In this document: one piece after another, positions 1-10,081 of the stretch
Numbering within the stretch: the first letter of the stretch is position 1
Layout of the letters: each line of letters begins with the position of its first letter
Source of the DNA: Actinomycetota bacterium
Lineage (GTDB): Bacteria; Actinomycetota; Acidimicrobiia; Acidimicrobiales; Acidimicrobiaceae
NCBI GenBank assembly: GCA_004298555.1
Contig: SCQM01000161.1
Coordinates: forward strand, 1,829-65,828
Direction: 5' to 3'
Length of the DNA: 64,000 nt
Notes under the pieces: model-generated
The model's input: the letters and a program-made list of their open reading frames with translations, nothing else
Databases searched by the model: none
What the model was told of the DNA's origin: nothing
Program-made: the position numbers and the translations under genes

Positions 1-446
1 TGCAGCAACTCTCCAACTCCCCGCACGATAGCACTGCCTCCTCTAACGCAAAAGGAAACGTCGGCACCGAGTGACAATGCCCGATCCATTAATCGGGGAC
101 CGTCGAAATACCGCAGGATAGCAGCGGCATTAGATGAACCGCCTCCTAGCCCTGCGCCTGGAGGAATCCGCTTATGAACACGAACGAACGCTTTGTGACC
201 CGTCATGGCAAGTGCCTTCGAGATCAGATTCGACCCGTCGGTTGGAATCTCCTTCAGGCCAGCCTCAAGCTGGGCAAGTCCACCAATAGCATCAACGATC
301 TCGATTCCATCGCCATCACTTAGCTCAATGGAATCTCCAAAAGACAAAGTGACCATCTCCGACTCAATCTCATGCATGCCATCAGCCCGATTCCCGGTCA
401 CCTTGAGATACTTCGTCAGCTTGGCCGGAGAAAAAACAGACTCCAT
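1..446 (-). CDS. ispE: 4-diphosphocytidyl-2-C-methyl-D-erythritol kinase, N-terminal part (gene runs off window start)
   Basis: Own minus-strand translation from ATG at 444-446: MESVFSPAKLTKYLKV...RIPPGAGLGGGSSNAAA...GADVSFCVRGGSAIVRGVGE. GHMP-kinase motif is present. Classic rsmA-ispE adjacency. Absent from the ORF track because it is truncated by the window edge. Confidence 0.8.
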   Translation of the reverse strand, partial: MESVFSPAKLTKYLKVTGNRADGMHEIESEMVTLSFGDSIELSDGDGIEIVDAIGGLAQLEAGLKEIPTDGSNLISKALAMTGHKAFVRVHKRIPPGAGLGGGSSNAAAILRYFDGPRLMDRALSLGADVSFCVRGGSAIVRGVGELL

Positions 447-451
447 AGCCT

Positions 452-1291
452 TCAACCTCTCGCCTCGTTGACAACCTCAGCGAGCAATTTCCAATCATTA
501 AGTCCCAGTGTCTCTGGTCTCCTGGAAGGATCGATTCCAACAGATTGGATATCGTTAATGGATATAACCCGTGAAAGCGTTCGCCTAATCATTTGGCGCC
601 TGTTTGCGAACGCTAACCGGGAAAGGCTAAACACGGTGTCGTAGCTCTTTTGATCGAGGTCCAACTCTATCTGCGGACGCCTCTTGATCTGCACGAGTAC
701 CGAATCCACGTTCGGCTTGGGCATAAAGACTTCCCGCGATACAACCGATACGACTTTTGCTTTGGCGAAATAGTTGAGCTTGAGTGCCACTTGGGAATAG
801 CCTGGGCCAGGTGTCGCGCACATGCGCTCGCCCACCTCACGCTGCACCATGACCAGCATCTCCGTGATCATTTGATGGCTCTCCAGAATTGTAAGCACCA
901 ATGGGGTTGATATATTGTACGGAAGATTCGCCACCAGCTTCCAAGACGGGCTGGTTTTCAGGAGTTCCGCGAAATCTGCGGTCAGAGCATCACCGCGAAC
1001 AACTTCAACATTGGCAATGTTCCTTAGGGTCAGGACCTGCTCAAGCACTGATACAAGGTGGCGATCGAATTCGATCGCCACCAACGAGTGCGCTATTTCC
1101 GCTAAAACTACGGTTAATGACCCGATGCCAGGCCCGATTTCCACCACGTAGTCAAGATTCGATATCTTGGCCAGCTTTGCGATCTTGACCGCGACATTTG
1201 GATCGGTAAGAAAGTTTTGTCCCAGTGCCCGGCTTGGAGACAACTCATATCTATCCAGGAGCCTTACGATCTCACTTCGCCCTAAACCCAA
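452..1291 (-). CDS. rsmA: 16S rRNA (adenine1518/1519-N6)-dimethyltransferase
   Basis: 279 aa. Motifs RALGQNFL, SAM-binding VVEIGPGIGSLT and NLPYNISTP. TTG start. Confidence 0.9.
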   Translation of the reverse strand: MGLGRSEIVRLLDRYELSPSRALGQNFLTDPNVAVKIAKLAKISNLDYVVEIGPGIGSLTVVLAEIAHSLVAIEFDRHLVSVLEQVLTLRNIANVEVVRGDALTADFAELLKTSPSWKLVANLPYNISTPLVLTILESHQMITEMLVMVQREVGERMCATPGPGYSQVALKLNYFAKAKVVSVVSREVFMPKPNVDSVLVQIKRRPQIELDLDQKSYDTVFSLSRLAFANRRQMIRRTLSRVISINDIQSVGIDPSRRPETLGLNDWKLLAEVVNEARG

Positions 1292-1348
1292 CTCCAGCCC
1301 TTCGCGTCCTCGTGGTTTAAATTGAGGCTAGCAAGAAAGAGCTACAAG

Positions 1349-2026
1349 CTACCACTGCATCTTGATATTTATAACCCCTGAACCCAATCCCGCTATCTGG
1401 GAAAATGAACTTTCTGACAAGTCAAGGATCCGGCCACCGATATATGGGCCCCTGTCCTCGACACGGCAGGTTGTCGAGGCTCCAGAGGCGAGATTTGTCA
1501 CTCGCACCAAAGTCCCAAACGGAAGCCACGTATTTGCACACGTGCCGGGCGTAGCTGAATACCAAGATGCCTGGCCGGTTCTCATGTTTGAATAATTAAC
1601 AACAGGTGCCACATAGTGGACGGTATTCACAGTCACCTTCGGAGACGGTGGTGGTGGCGGAGGTGGCGGCGGAGGAAGTACCGCATGAGCGGGTGCCACC
1701 AGCGTATTCGGCTTTGCAGTCTGAGCTACGATGATTTGATCTGCAGGAATCACTGAAAATGAGCTGTACGTCAACGCGCCAGCGACCGGATGTAATTCAG
1801 ATGATAAATCATCCACTATTGTGGTCGCGGGAACTGCCACAGTGGTCGTTTTGGCCGAAGCCGCTCCGATCACGAAGCTAGCCGTCGTACTGCTAATTTC
1901 ATATGCAGTCAACGAATCTTTGCTATTTGTACTTAGCACCCCATTCAAGACATGGCTTGAAGAGGTATCATTTATAAGGAGAAGCGGTGCTGCTAGTACG
2001 GATGCACTTAAACCAAGTGACATCAC
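1349..2026 (-). CDS. Secreted RlpA-like double-psi beta-barrel (DPBB) cell-wall protein with poly-proline linker
   Basis: 225 aa. Hydrophobic N-terminus, S/T/A-rich region and a run of about 10 Pro (GGN repeat, 1646-1675). C-terminus GQASWY...GTLVRVTNLASGASTTCRVEDRGPY matches the RlpA-type DPBB pattern. Start is GTG 2026 or ATG 2023. Confidence 0.7.
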   Translation of the reverse strand: MMSLGLSASVLAAPLLLINDTSSSHVLNGVLSTNSKDSLTAYEISSTTASFVIGAASAKTTTVAVPATTIVDDLSSELHPVAGALTYSSFSVIPADQIIVAQTAKPNTLVAPAHAVLPPPPPPPPPPSPKVTVNTVHYVAPVVNYSNMRTGQASWYSATPGTCANTWLPFGTLVRVTNLASGASTTCRVEDRGPYIGGRILDLSESSFSQIAGLGSGVINIKMQW

Positions 2027-2183
2027 GAACCTACTCCTCCAGGAGCTCCTTACCCTCAGGATTTTGTCCTTCCACTTGGGGATATTGCCTCTGGATTTTG
2101 GATTTCGTGTCTATTGGCTGTTAGTTGCCCTTCACTATGTCAAAACGCTGTGAACAACCTAGCAAGTTTGGCAGCATTTCCGC

Positions 2184-2990
2184 TCATTTTAGCGAAAAAC
2201 ACTCATTAGCAGCAGCAACAGTAGCATCAGAAAACTCATCGAACGACAGATCCTTTACTTTGGCTATAAACTCCCCGACGAGTCCAACAAATGCCGGCGT
2301 ATTTGTTTTCCCTCTGTGCGGGACTGGCGCCAGATAGGGAGAATCAGTTTCGATCAGAAGGCGATCAAGCGGAGTGAACCTTGCAGCCTCGCGGATATTT
2401 TCCGCGTTCCTGAAGGTGACCATTCCTGAAAATGATAAGTAGGCGCCAAGATCCAATGCCCTCGAGGCGAGCGCCGTGTCGCCGGTGAAGCAATGAAACA
2501 CAGTCCTGTTTGGAAGACCACTCTCCAAAAGGATTGAAAACGTATCATCCCAGGCATCCCGCGTATGAATGACAAGAGTTAAATCGTTTTCCTTAGCCAG
2601 CTCGATTTGCCGGCTAAAGGCCAGTTGCTGATTGTGTTTTGGCGAATATTCATAGAAGTAATCAAGCCCACATTCTCCAATTGCGACCAGATTGCCGGTA
2701 CGCTGAGGTGCATTCAGCCGTGCAAGATGCGCAATACCATCCAGCCCAGTCATGCCTGGATTAGAAGCATCGTGCGGGTGAAGACCGATCGTTGAGTAGC
2801 ATCTCGGCAAATCGGTTGCCCCGCCGCGGATGGCGCGTTCGATGGTCGATGCCACCCCGACCGCCTTCTGCGAACTCAAGACGTCGGTGCCAATGCAGAT
2901 GAGTGCATCGACTGCAGCCTTGAAAGAGTCCCTCGCCAATTCAAGTGGATCATCTTCAGTATGAATATGACAATGAGTATCTATCCACAT
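2184..2990 (-). CDS. TatD-family metal-dependent hydrolase/DNase
   Basis: 268 aa. Begins MWIDTHCHIH (HxH metal site) with later conserved His/Glu/Asp pattern (VIHTRDA, FHCFTG, ETDSPYL). Confidence 0.85.
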   Translation of the reverse strand: MWIDTHCHIHTEDDPLELARDSFKAAVDALICIGTDVLSSQKAVGVASTIERAIRGGATDLPRCYSTIGLHPHDASNPGMTGLDGIAHLARLNAPQRTGNLVAIGECGLDYFYEYSPKHNQQLAFSRQIELAKENDLTLVIHTRDAWDDTFSILLESGLPNRTVFHCFTGDTALASRALDLGAYLSFSGMVTFRNAENIREAARFTPLDRLLIETDSPYLAPVPHRGKTNTPAFVGLVGEFIAKVKDLSFDEFSDATVAAANECFSLK

Positions 2991-3026
2991 GCAATTTCTC
3001 CTGTAGATCCGGTGCCGAACCGACTG

Positions 3027-4538
3027 CTACTTGCGTCGCGGGAACAAAGGTATGCCTTTTTCGATTACCTTGCTCGACTGGTATTGTCCCCAGCTAAGAG
3101 CTGCCAGAGCGTTACCATCTTCTGGAGATCCATCCATTCCAATTCGTCTCCATATCTCCGAGCTGGTATCGGGCATGACAGGATATAACCCGATACAAAC
3201 GAGGCGAAGACACTCAAGGGCATCGCCCAACACGTTCTCAAGTTCCGACCCAAGTTCGAGCTTCCAGGGGGCAACTACCTCGAGTCTCGCATTCGCTTCG
3301 TGTATCAGGGACCAGATTGCCTCGAGTGCGTCCTGTGGTGCAAACTGGCTCCAGGCGGTCCTGGCACTTTCCATGACCTCGCCCGCGAACACGGCAAGTG
3401 GAGAATCGGCAGTGGGTTTTGGGGCTTGTCCCCCGAGTTTGCTGACTACGACAGTTGTAACTCGTTGCAGCAGGTTGCCGAGGTTATTGGCGAGGTCCGA
3501 ATTATATCGCGAAGTGAGAGCCTCATAGGTAAAGTCGCCGTCAGAGCCGAAGTTGGTATCTCGCAGGAGATAGTAGCGCACTGCATCAAGGCCAAATTCA
3601 TTGGCAAGCTCAAGGGGATCCACCTTGTTCCCGGCAGATTTTGCCATCTTTTCGCCACCCACCAAGAGCCAGCCGTGGACAAAAATGTTTGCTGGCGGAT
3701 CGATTCCGGCGGCCATGCACATAGCCGGCCACCAGACACAGTGAAAGCGAATGATGTCCTTTCCTATGATGTGGTGCACGCTGGGCCACCAGAGTTCGAA
3801 TTTCTCCAGGTCTCTGCCATAATCGATCGCCGTTAGGTAGTTGATTAACGCGTCATACCACACATAGAAAACATGCTGGCTATCCCATGGAACTGGAACA
3901 CCCCAGTCAATCGAAGTCCGCGTTATAGATATGTCCTGAAGACCTTGGCGTATGAATCCCAGTGCCTCGTTGCGCTTGGAAGAAGGCCCGACGGCCTCGG
4001 GATGGCGTTCGTACCACTCTAGAAGGCGATCGGTAAACGCCGATAACCGGAAGAAATAGTTTTCCTCCTCCATGACGACAACCGGACGACCGTGAATTGG
4101 ACAATTGCCATTGTCAAGCTCGGCTTCCTGGTAGTAGGCCTCGCAAGAAACACAGTACAGGCCTCTGTAAATATCCTTGTAAATATATCCGTTCTCGTAG
4201 ACCGACTTTAGAAACGATTGGACAGTCTCGTAATGCCTGGGTTCTGTGGTCCTTATGAAGTCGTCGTAGGATATGTTGAGCTTGCGCCAGGCGTCTTGAA
4301 ACCTGGGTGCCAGGCTATCGGTCCATTCCTTGGGCGACATGCCATTTTCTGCAGCTGCCTGCGCGATTTTTAGGCCGTGTTCGTCAGTGCCAGTCAAAAA
4401 AAACACGTCGTCTGAAATCTGCCGATGCCATCGTGCAAATGAATCTGCCGACACCATTGTGTATGCATGGCCCAGATGCGGAACATCGTTTACGTAGTAG
4501 ATAGGAGTAGTAATAAAAAACCTCGACACGGCATGCAC
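3027..4538 (-). CDS. metG: Methionine--tRNA ligase (short form, no C-terminal tRNA-binding domain)
   Basis: 503 aa. HIGH motif HLGHAYT, KMSKS motif KMAKS, Zn knuckle CVSC...CPIHG. GTG start. Confidence 0.95.
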   Translation of the reverse strand: MHAVSRFFITTPIYYVNDVPHLGHAYTMVSADSFARWHRQISDDVFFLTGTDEHGLKIAQAAAENGMSPKEWTDSLAPRFQDAWRKLNISYDDFIRTTEPRHYETVQSFLKSVYENGYIYKDIYRGLYCVSCEAYYQEAELDNGNCPIHGRPVVVMEEENYFFRLSAFTDRLLEWYERHPEAVGPSSKRNEALGFIRQGLQDISITRTSIDWGVPVPWDSQHVFYVWYDALINYLTAIDYGRDLEKFELWWPSVHHIIGKDIIRFHCVWWPAMCMAAGIDPPANIFVHGWLLVGGEKMAKSAGNKVDPLELANEFGLDAVRYYLLRDTNFGSDGDFTYEALTSRYNSDLANNLGNLLQRVTTVVVSKLGGQAPKPTADSPLAVFAGEVMESARTAWSQFAPQDALEAIWSLIHEANARLEVVAPWKLELGSELENVLGDALECLRLVCIGLYPVMPDTSSEIWRRIGMDGSPEDGNALAALSWGQYQSSKVIEKGIPLFPRRK

Positions 4539-4696
4539 CTTAGCAAAAAATAGAAGAGTGACAGCAGAACAGTCCTCAAAGAGAACCCTTCAGCAATCTA
4601 AAACAATAATTGACGCCCGACTGATAGGTTGCTTCCTGAGTTCAGTGCGCACTCTAAATCACCCCAGGGCGTATCGAGCTGGCTCAACCTGACCTT

Positions 4697-5590
4697 TCAG
4701 CTCCCCCTGCCCTGGGCCTGGATCAGCATGTTATAAATCCGGTTCTTACCAACTCCGGTTATCACCGAAAGTTCCTCCGCCACTGCTCGAGTCCCTGCAA
4801 CAGGTCCACTCAGCGCCTCAATCACAAGCTCCAAGACCCGAATACCTTGTGATCCGGATTCATCCACCGCTTTTGCCCCCAATACCATGACAAACTCCCC
4901 GCGTTGCGAAGTTCCGCCAAAATGGTCAGATGCTCCAGAGGCAGTGCCAAAAAAGATCTCCTGGTGCATCTTGGTCAGCTCTCTTCCGACAAAGACAGGA
5001 TGCTCGCCGCCATAGATTTCCGAAACATCGCGGAGCGTCTGCTCCATCCTTTTGGGTGACTCGAAGACTATCGAAGCAAAGCCGCTGGACGACAATGTCT
5101 CAAGGCTCTTTTTGCGAGGGCCCGGCTTTACCGGAAGAAATCCCACAAATAAAAACCCGCGCTCACAAAGTCCAGACAGGGATGCCGCCAGTATCGATGC
5201 CGATGGTCCAGGAACCGCATCGACAGGAAGGCCCGCTTTCGCAACCGCATTTATCAATTCGGATCCCGGATCAGAAATGCCTGGCATACCTGCATCGGTT
5301 GTATAGACCACTGTCTTTCCGGAAGTGATGAGTTCAATCACCTTGGAGCTCATTTGGGCTTCCTTGTTGGCGTCGATCGAAATGATATTCTTGCTTTCGA
5401 TGCGGCAATGGGAGAGTAGAATACGCAGCCGCCTGGTGTCCTCGGCTGCTATCACATCCGCCTCTGCAAGCACCTGGATCGCCCTTTGCGACAGGTCCGA
5501 AAGATTACCTATAGGGGTCCCAAGCAGGATGAGTTTTCCAACCGCGTTGTCGGATCTGCTGGAGGAGTCCCTGCTACGCTTTGAGTTCAA
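4697..5590 (-). CDS. rsmI: 16S rRNA (cytidine1402-2'-O)-methyltransferase
   Basis: 297 aa. Tetrapyrrole-methylase fold signature LLGTPIGNLSDLSQRA...AAEDTR. Confidence 0.9.
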   Translation of the reverse strand: MNSKRSRDSSSRSDNAVGKLILLGTPIGNLSDLSQRAIQVLAEADVIAAEDTRRLRILLSHCRIESKNIISIDANKEAQMSSKVIELITSGKTVVYTTDAGMPGISDPGSELINAVAKAGLPVDAVPGPSASILAASLSGLCERGFLFVGFLPVKPGPRKKSLETLSSSGFASIVFESPKRMEQTLRDVSEIYGGEHPVFVGRELTKMHQEIFFGTASGASDHFGGTSQRGEFVMVLGAKAVDESGSQGIRVLELVIEALSGPVAGTRAVAEELSVITGVGKNRIYNMLIQAQGRGS

Positions 5591-5963
5591 ACTGATCGCC
5601 TTCAGCTATTGTGAACCGACGCAAGATCTCTTCAGGTGCCACTACTATCACCTTGGTTCTTGCCCTGGGGAACGAGACTGTTAACCTTGAAATTCTGGAT
5701 ATCTTTATGGCCTCCAAGGAACTGTCCAAATGTATTGCAAGCAGGTGGTGTTTTGAGCAAATGCCAAACACAGGCAATTTCCCAAATAGCACTGCTGCGC
5801 CCGAAGAGAAATTCTCTATAAGCGCCGGGCAGATTCTGTGCGCAAAAGAATGCGCGTGCACGCAAGACGCCAGAACCTGGCCGTCTCGAACCACCCATAG
5901 GACCGTGTCCTTGGGAAGTTTGTCGAAATCTCCGTTAGACGTTGAACCTGATCTCCAGAACAT
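5574..5963 (-). CDS. Hypothetical protein, weakly DUF192-like
   Basis: 129 aa. Coding-like composition (about 33% G/A/V/D/E). C-terminal pattern ...KVIVVAPEEILRRFTIAEGDQFEL resembles the DUF192 end. The longest ORF overlaps ychF by 29 nt and rsmI by 17 nt, so the true start is probably internal (GTG). Confidence 0.4.
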   Translation of the reverse strand: MFWRSGSTSNGDFDKLPKDTVLWVVRDGQVLASCVHAHSFAHRICPALIENFSSGAAVLFGKLPVFGICSKHHLLAIHLDSSLEAIKISRISRLTVSFPRARTKVIVVAPEEILRRFTIAEGDQFELKA

Positions 5964-7017
5964 CTCCGTCTTTTACTTCGTAGTCTTTTCCCTCTACCCC
6001 AAGCTTTCCTTGGCTCTTGGCCGCATTCCAAGATCCAAGCTCCAAAAGTTCATCCCAGTGGATAACCTCGGCTCTTATAAATCCCCGCTGTAGATCTGAG
6101 TGGATCACACCGGCACATTCGGGGGCCTTAGCACCAGCCCGGAATGTCCACGCTCTCGACTCTTTGTCTCCGGTGGTAAAAAATGTCCTCCTACCAAGCA
6201 TATGATACGCCGCCTGAGCCACTCTCGGGAGTGCTCCTTCACCAAGACCCAGACCTGCCAATAACTCCTCGCGCTCGCTACCCTCCAAAGCCATCGCCTC
6301 TGACTCCAACTGGACACAGACTCCCAGGACGTCGACCGATCCGCCGGCACTAACACGAACTTGCTCACAAATCTCTGAAGACCTCTCAAGCTGATCCTCT
6401 CCAAGATTCACCACTATCAGCAAAGCCTTGTTCGTGAGAAGAAATGACCCCTTGAGAATTTCTTTCACCTCTGGGGCTAGAGCGCTTTTGTATATGGGGG
6501 TGCCATCCGTCAAGACTTCTATCGCCTTCTCCAAAGCATCCACCTCAGGTTGTAGCGTCTTATCAGCGCGGGCCGATTTTCTGCGCCTTTCAACCAGCGT
6601 CTCGCATGCAGCTAGATCGGCAAGCACGAGCTCCAATTCGAGGATTCCAAGTGCTTCAACCGGATCGGACTCACCGGGAACGTTCTCGTCCTGGAATGCG
6701 CGCAACACCATGCAAACCGCGTCCACTTCTCTGATGCCGGCCAGGAACCGGTTTCCGAGACCCTCTCCAGCATTTGCCCCTGCCACAAGGCCGGCAATAT
6801 CGACGAACTCCACATGGGCATAAACCGTCTTCTTGCTCTTGGACATTTTGCTAAGGGCATCGAGTCTTTTGTCTGGCACAATCGCGACTCCCGACAAAGT
6901 TTCCGTAGTCGAGAACGGGTGCTGGGCGACGACAGCCGATCCGCCAGTCAGAGCATTATACAGAGACGACTTTCCAGAGTTTGGAAGTCCTATTAGACCA
7001 AGTCTTTCCACCGGCAC
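5935..7017 (-). CDS. ychF: Ribosome-binding ATPase YchF (Obg-like)
   Basis: 360 aa. G1 motif GLPNSGKSS and YchF C-terminal TGS-like end GKDYEVKDGDVLEIRFNV. GTG start. Confidence 0.95.
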   Translation of the reverse strand: MPVERLGLIGLPNSGKSSLYNALTGGSAVVAQHPFSTTETLSGVAIVPDKRLDALSKMSKSKKTVYAHVEFVDIAGLVAGANAGEGLGNRFLAGIREVDAVCMVLRAFQDENVPGESDPVEALGILELELVLADLAACETLVERRRKSARADKTLQPEVDALEKAIEVLTDGTPIYKSALAPEVKEILKGSFLLTNKALLIVVNLGEDQLERSSEICEQVRVSAGGSVDVLGVCVQLESEAMALEGSEREELLAGLGLGEGALPRVAQAAYHMLGRRTFFTTGDKESRAWTFRAGAKAPECAGVIHSDLQRGFIRAEVIHWDELLELGSWNAAKSQGKLGVEGKDYEVKDGDVLEIRFNV

Positions 7018-7069
7018 AAGGCTAGTCGCCGAAAAAAATTATGTGATGACCAAATCACCGGTCAAAAGG

Positions 7070-7540
7070 TCATTTCCCACCGATTTGGACGATCATGACT
7101 ACGAATGCCGCCACAAAGATCAGATCCATGACCAACGCGCCCCTGGACACCTTCTTGGCAAGCAAGCGGAGTTCATCATTACATCTTTGCCTGCTTATCA
7201 ATTCCGGCAACCTGCGCTCCGCAGGCCAGACCATCGCGTGGGCAACTGCCACTGCCGCAATCCACAACAGCATTCCGATGAGGACCCAGGGTTTCTCCAG
7301 CTCCGGCATTCCCCTGGATAAGCCGATCATGATGAGTCCGAAAATGGGAATAAGATAGATCAGCTTTTCTGCCAGGAACCTGGGTGAATTAAAATATCTG
7401 ACTGCTTCTTCGCTTGCTCCAGGGTATAGCTGGCCAGCATAAATACCGGTAAGAGCATTTGCCCCAAAACCAGCCACGGCGCTCAATATGTGAGCCAGCA
7501 ACAATGCGTCATAGATTGGATTTCTTGTACCTAGCCCCAC
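7070..7540 (-). CDS. Integral membrane protein, unknown function
   Basis: 156 aa with four hydrophobic segments. Start overlaps the stop of the upstream cysteine desulfurase by 10 nt (operon-like). Confidence 0.5.
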   Translation of the reverse strand: MGLGTRNPIYDALLLAHILSAVAGFGANALTGIYAGQLYPGASEEAVRYFNSPRFLAEKLIYLIPIFGLIMIGLSRGMPELEKPWVLIGMLLWIAAVAVAHAMVWPAERRLPELISRQRCNDELRLLAKKVSRGALVMDLIFVAAFVVMIVQIGGK

Positions 7541-8673
7541 GCAGTACCTTTTTTCGCAGCAAGTTCTGGGATTACATCGCCAATTGCGCCAATGGCATAA
7601 TCTACTTCCTCCTCCGTTGTGGTGACTCCGAGGGACAATCTCAGCGAACCAAGCGCCTCGATCTTTGACCTGCCCATTTCAAGGAGCACATGGGAGGGGT
7701 TCAGGGCCCCCGAAGCACAAGAGGAGCCAGCTGACGCAAATACGCCAAGGGCATCCAATTTGAACAGAATCTCTTCTGAATTCAACCCTTCGAAACAATA
7801 GTTCGTTATGTTGCACATCTGGGGCGCTTCCGTGCCATTGGGTTTGATGGTGGGAAACCGGCTGGAAAGCCCGCGTCGAAGCCTCTCTGTAAGTCCTGAG
7901 ATCCTTCTGACGTTAGCTTCCCGGTGCGTCACCGCCTCTTGAAGCGCCACCGCCATTGCAGCAATCCCTCCTAAATTTGGAGTCCCTGACCGGAGCTCAA
8001 ATTCCTGACCGCCACCATAAAACATTGGCCGCAATCCACTGGACTTCTTGATGACCAACACGCCTACGCCCTTGGGTCCCCCAAACTTATGTCCTGAAAT
8101 CGACACCAGATCGAAGCCCTTAGCCAGCTCTGCCACATCAAGGTAGCTCGGAGCCTGAACAGCATCGGTATGGCAAAGTGCCTTCGGCGAATACTTTCTG
8201 ACGAGCTTGAGAACTTCGGAAAGGGGCTGAACTACTCCAGTCTCGTTATTTGCCAGCATCACGGAAACAGCTCTTACAGAAGCTCCATTATCCTTTAGCT
8301 CGTCTTCGAGCTGATTTAGATCTACTACACCCGATGAAGCAACCCCGACAAGTCTTCCTTTGCTGGCTCGCACAGCTTCCAGGACCGCATGATGCTCGAT
8401 CGCGGTGGAGAGCACAACATGTCCGTCTTGAGTCGAGCCCAATATGGCCAGGTTATCGGACTCGGTTCCACCTGAAGTAAAAATTACCTCAGAGGCGTCA
8501 ACCCCTAAGAGCAGCCCGACCCGTTCCCGGGACGTCTCAAGGAGATCCTTAGCGGCACGGGCAGCCCGATGAGAACCGGAAGGATTCCCGATGAGCTGCG
8601 AAGCCTGAACTTGAGCGTCTAATGCTGCAGGATTTATTGGAGTAGTTGCAGCATGATCTAGATATGCCTCCAC
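7531..8673 (-). CDS. Cysteine desulfurase (NifS/IscS family, PLP-dependent)
   Basis: 380 aa. PLP-lysine motif SISGHKFGGPKG and catalytic Cys loop SAGSSCASG. Confidence 0.9.
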   Translation of the reverse strand: MEAYLDHAATTPINPAALDAQVQASQLIGNPSGSHRAARAAKDLLETSRERVGLLLGVDASEVIFTSGGTESDNLAILGSTQDGHVVLSTAIEHHAVLEAVRASKGRLVGVASSGVVDLNQLEDELKDNGASVRAVSVMLANNETGVVQPLSEVLKLVRKYSPKALCHTDAVQAPSYLDVAELAKGFDLVSISGHKFGGPKGVGVLVIKKSSGLRPMFYGGGQEFELRSGTPNLGGIAAMAVALQEAVTHREANVRRISGLTERLRRGLSSRFPTIKPNGTEAPQMCNITNYCFEGLNSEEILFKLDALGVFASAGSSCASGALNPSHVLLEMGRSKIEALGSLRLSLGVTTTEEEVDYAIGAIGDVIPELAAKKGTAWG

Positions 8674-8829
8674 GCAATAGATACTATTGGTGAATTTTGC
8701 GCGCTCAAGATGGCAGACTAGCTTAAGTGATTAATTTCACAGAGGACAGTCATCAGCTACGCTAATAGTGATATAACTGACAGAGGGAATTACAGTGTTG
8801 CAACTCTTTTCAATAGAGAATATTTCAAT

Positions 8830-9819
8830 ATGACAAATGAACTTAGACTGGATCCGCTCACCGGAAGATGGGTGGTTGTCGCGTATCAACGCTCAACCAG
8901 ACCATCCGCTTTTTTGGACCGTGACACTGAGATTCAAAAGGATTCTCCAAGGGAGTGTCCATTCTGCCCCGGACATGAAGAGGACACGCCGCCGGCCCTG
9001 GAAACCTACTCTGAACAAGGACACTGGCTGTTGAGAGTAGTTCCAAACAAATATCCGGCATTCAAAGGCGATGAGCCTATGGTGGCGATCACTAAAGGGC
9101 CGATCTTCACCACGGCTCCGGCATCTGGGATCCACGAGGTAATAGTCCTGTCGCCCAGCCACAACCTTGGCTGGTCTGAACTCTCGCATGAACAGGTCAG
9201 ATTGGTCATGAAAGGGATTAAGGCGAGAATCGAAGCTCATAGCGATTCCCAAGTCATACGGTACTCCCAGGCCATTGTCAATTCAGGGCGAGAGGCTGGA
9301 GCTTCGCTGGAACATCCTCACGGCCAACTCCTGGCAACATCCTTTGTTCCCAGGGAGATAACCGATGAGCTTGCGGCATTTTCAAGATTCCTGGGGGGAT
9401 GTGTCCTGTGCTCCACCATGGATGCAGAGCTGGCAATCGCGGATCGAGTCGTGCTTGAGGACAATGACACGGTCACGATATCGCCTTTCTGGGCATCGCA
9501 ACCCTATGAGCTCTTGCTGATCCCAAAGAATCACCAAGAGCATTTGCACAAGGCAACCGAAGATGAGCTTGATTCGATAGCAGTTTCAATCAAACTTGCG
9601 TTGGGAAGCCTAAGAGCACATCTCGGGGACATAGCATACAATCTTGTTTTCCACTCGGCCCCGTACAGGGAGCACGGCCGATTCCATTGGCATGTCCACA
9701 TCATGCCAAAGCTGACCACGCGTGCGGGATTCGAGCTTGGTACCGGAGTAATGATCAACGTCGTTCCGCCTGAGAAGGCGGCCTCGGAACTCAGGCCGTT
9801 TTTAGCCCGACTCCACTAG
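8830..9819 (+). CDS. galT: Galactose-1-phosphate uridylyltransferase (HIT superfamily)
   Basis: 329 aa. Zn site CPFCPGHE and active site HPHGQL. No galK or galE adjacent. Confidence 0.9.
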   Translation: MTNELRLDPLTGRWVVVAYQRSTRPSAFLDRDTEIQKDSPRECPFCPGHEEDTPPALETYSEQGHWLLRVVPNKYPAFKGDEPMVAITKGPIFTTAPASGIHEVIVLSPSHNLGWSELSHEQVRLVMKGIKARIEAHSDSQVIRYSQAIVNSGREAGASLEHPHGQLLATSFVPREITDELAAFSRFLGGCVLCSTMDAELAIADRVVLEDNDTVTISPFWASQPYELLLIPKNHQEHLHKATEDELDSIAVSIKLALGSLRAHLGDIAYNLVFHSAPYREHGRFHWHVHIMPKLTTRAGFELGTGVMINVVPPEKAASELRPFLARLH

Positions 9820-9853
9820 CCGAAAGTATCATTCACAATTCCGCCAGTTTGGA

Positions 9854-9869
9854 CAGCACTTCTGTGCTG
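9854..9869 (+). terminator. Candidate stem-loop after galT
   Basis: CAGCAC-ttct-GTGCTG is a perfect 6-bp stem, extendable by GG/CC, 35 nt after the galT stop. The following TTCTCCT tract is only weakly U-rich. Confidence 0.3.
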
Positions 9870-10081
9870 GCCTTCTCCTAAGGGGGTAGATGTTCCGCGC
9901 ATTTTTTAGCCAGCAATTCGATACGGATTAGGCTGCCAACGATTCGTAGTCGGAAGGGTTACTCCAGGGATCCGGGCAATTCACGAGGTATAGTTTTTCC
10001 GAAATATGAATGGAATTTCGTGCTTGGCAACATGTGGCCGATCCACTGCACATAAATTAAGCCTAGAAAGCGGGGAGCCTG

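Noticed and set aside
1646-1675. GGN x10 simple repeat
   Set aside because: It is the in-frame poly-proline linker of the RlpA-like protein (CCN codons on the minus strand). It is not a microsatellite spacer or a CRISPR-like repeat.
2027-2183. c-di-AMP (ydaO) riboswitch upstream of the cell-wall hydrolase gene
   Set aside because: The context is plausible because Rpf/cell-wall genes carry it in Actinobacteria. However, the leader lacks the GGGGACCCA, GGGGUGAAUCC and CCGAACCC core strings and only has scattered AAUCC words.
4539-4696. T-box leader upstream of metG
   Set aside because: There is no AGGGUGGUACCGCG-like T-box sequence or specifier-loop architecture in the 158-nt spacer.
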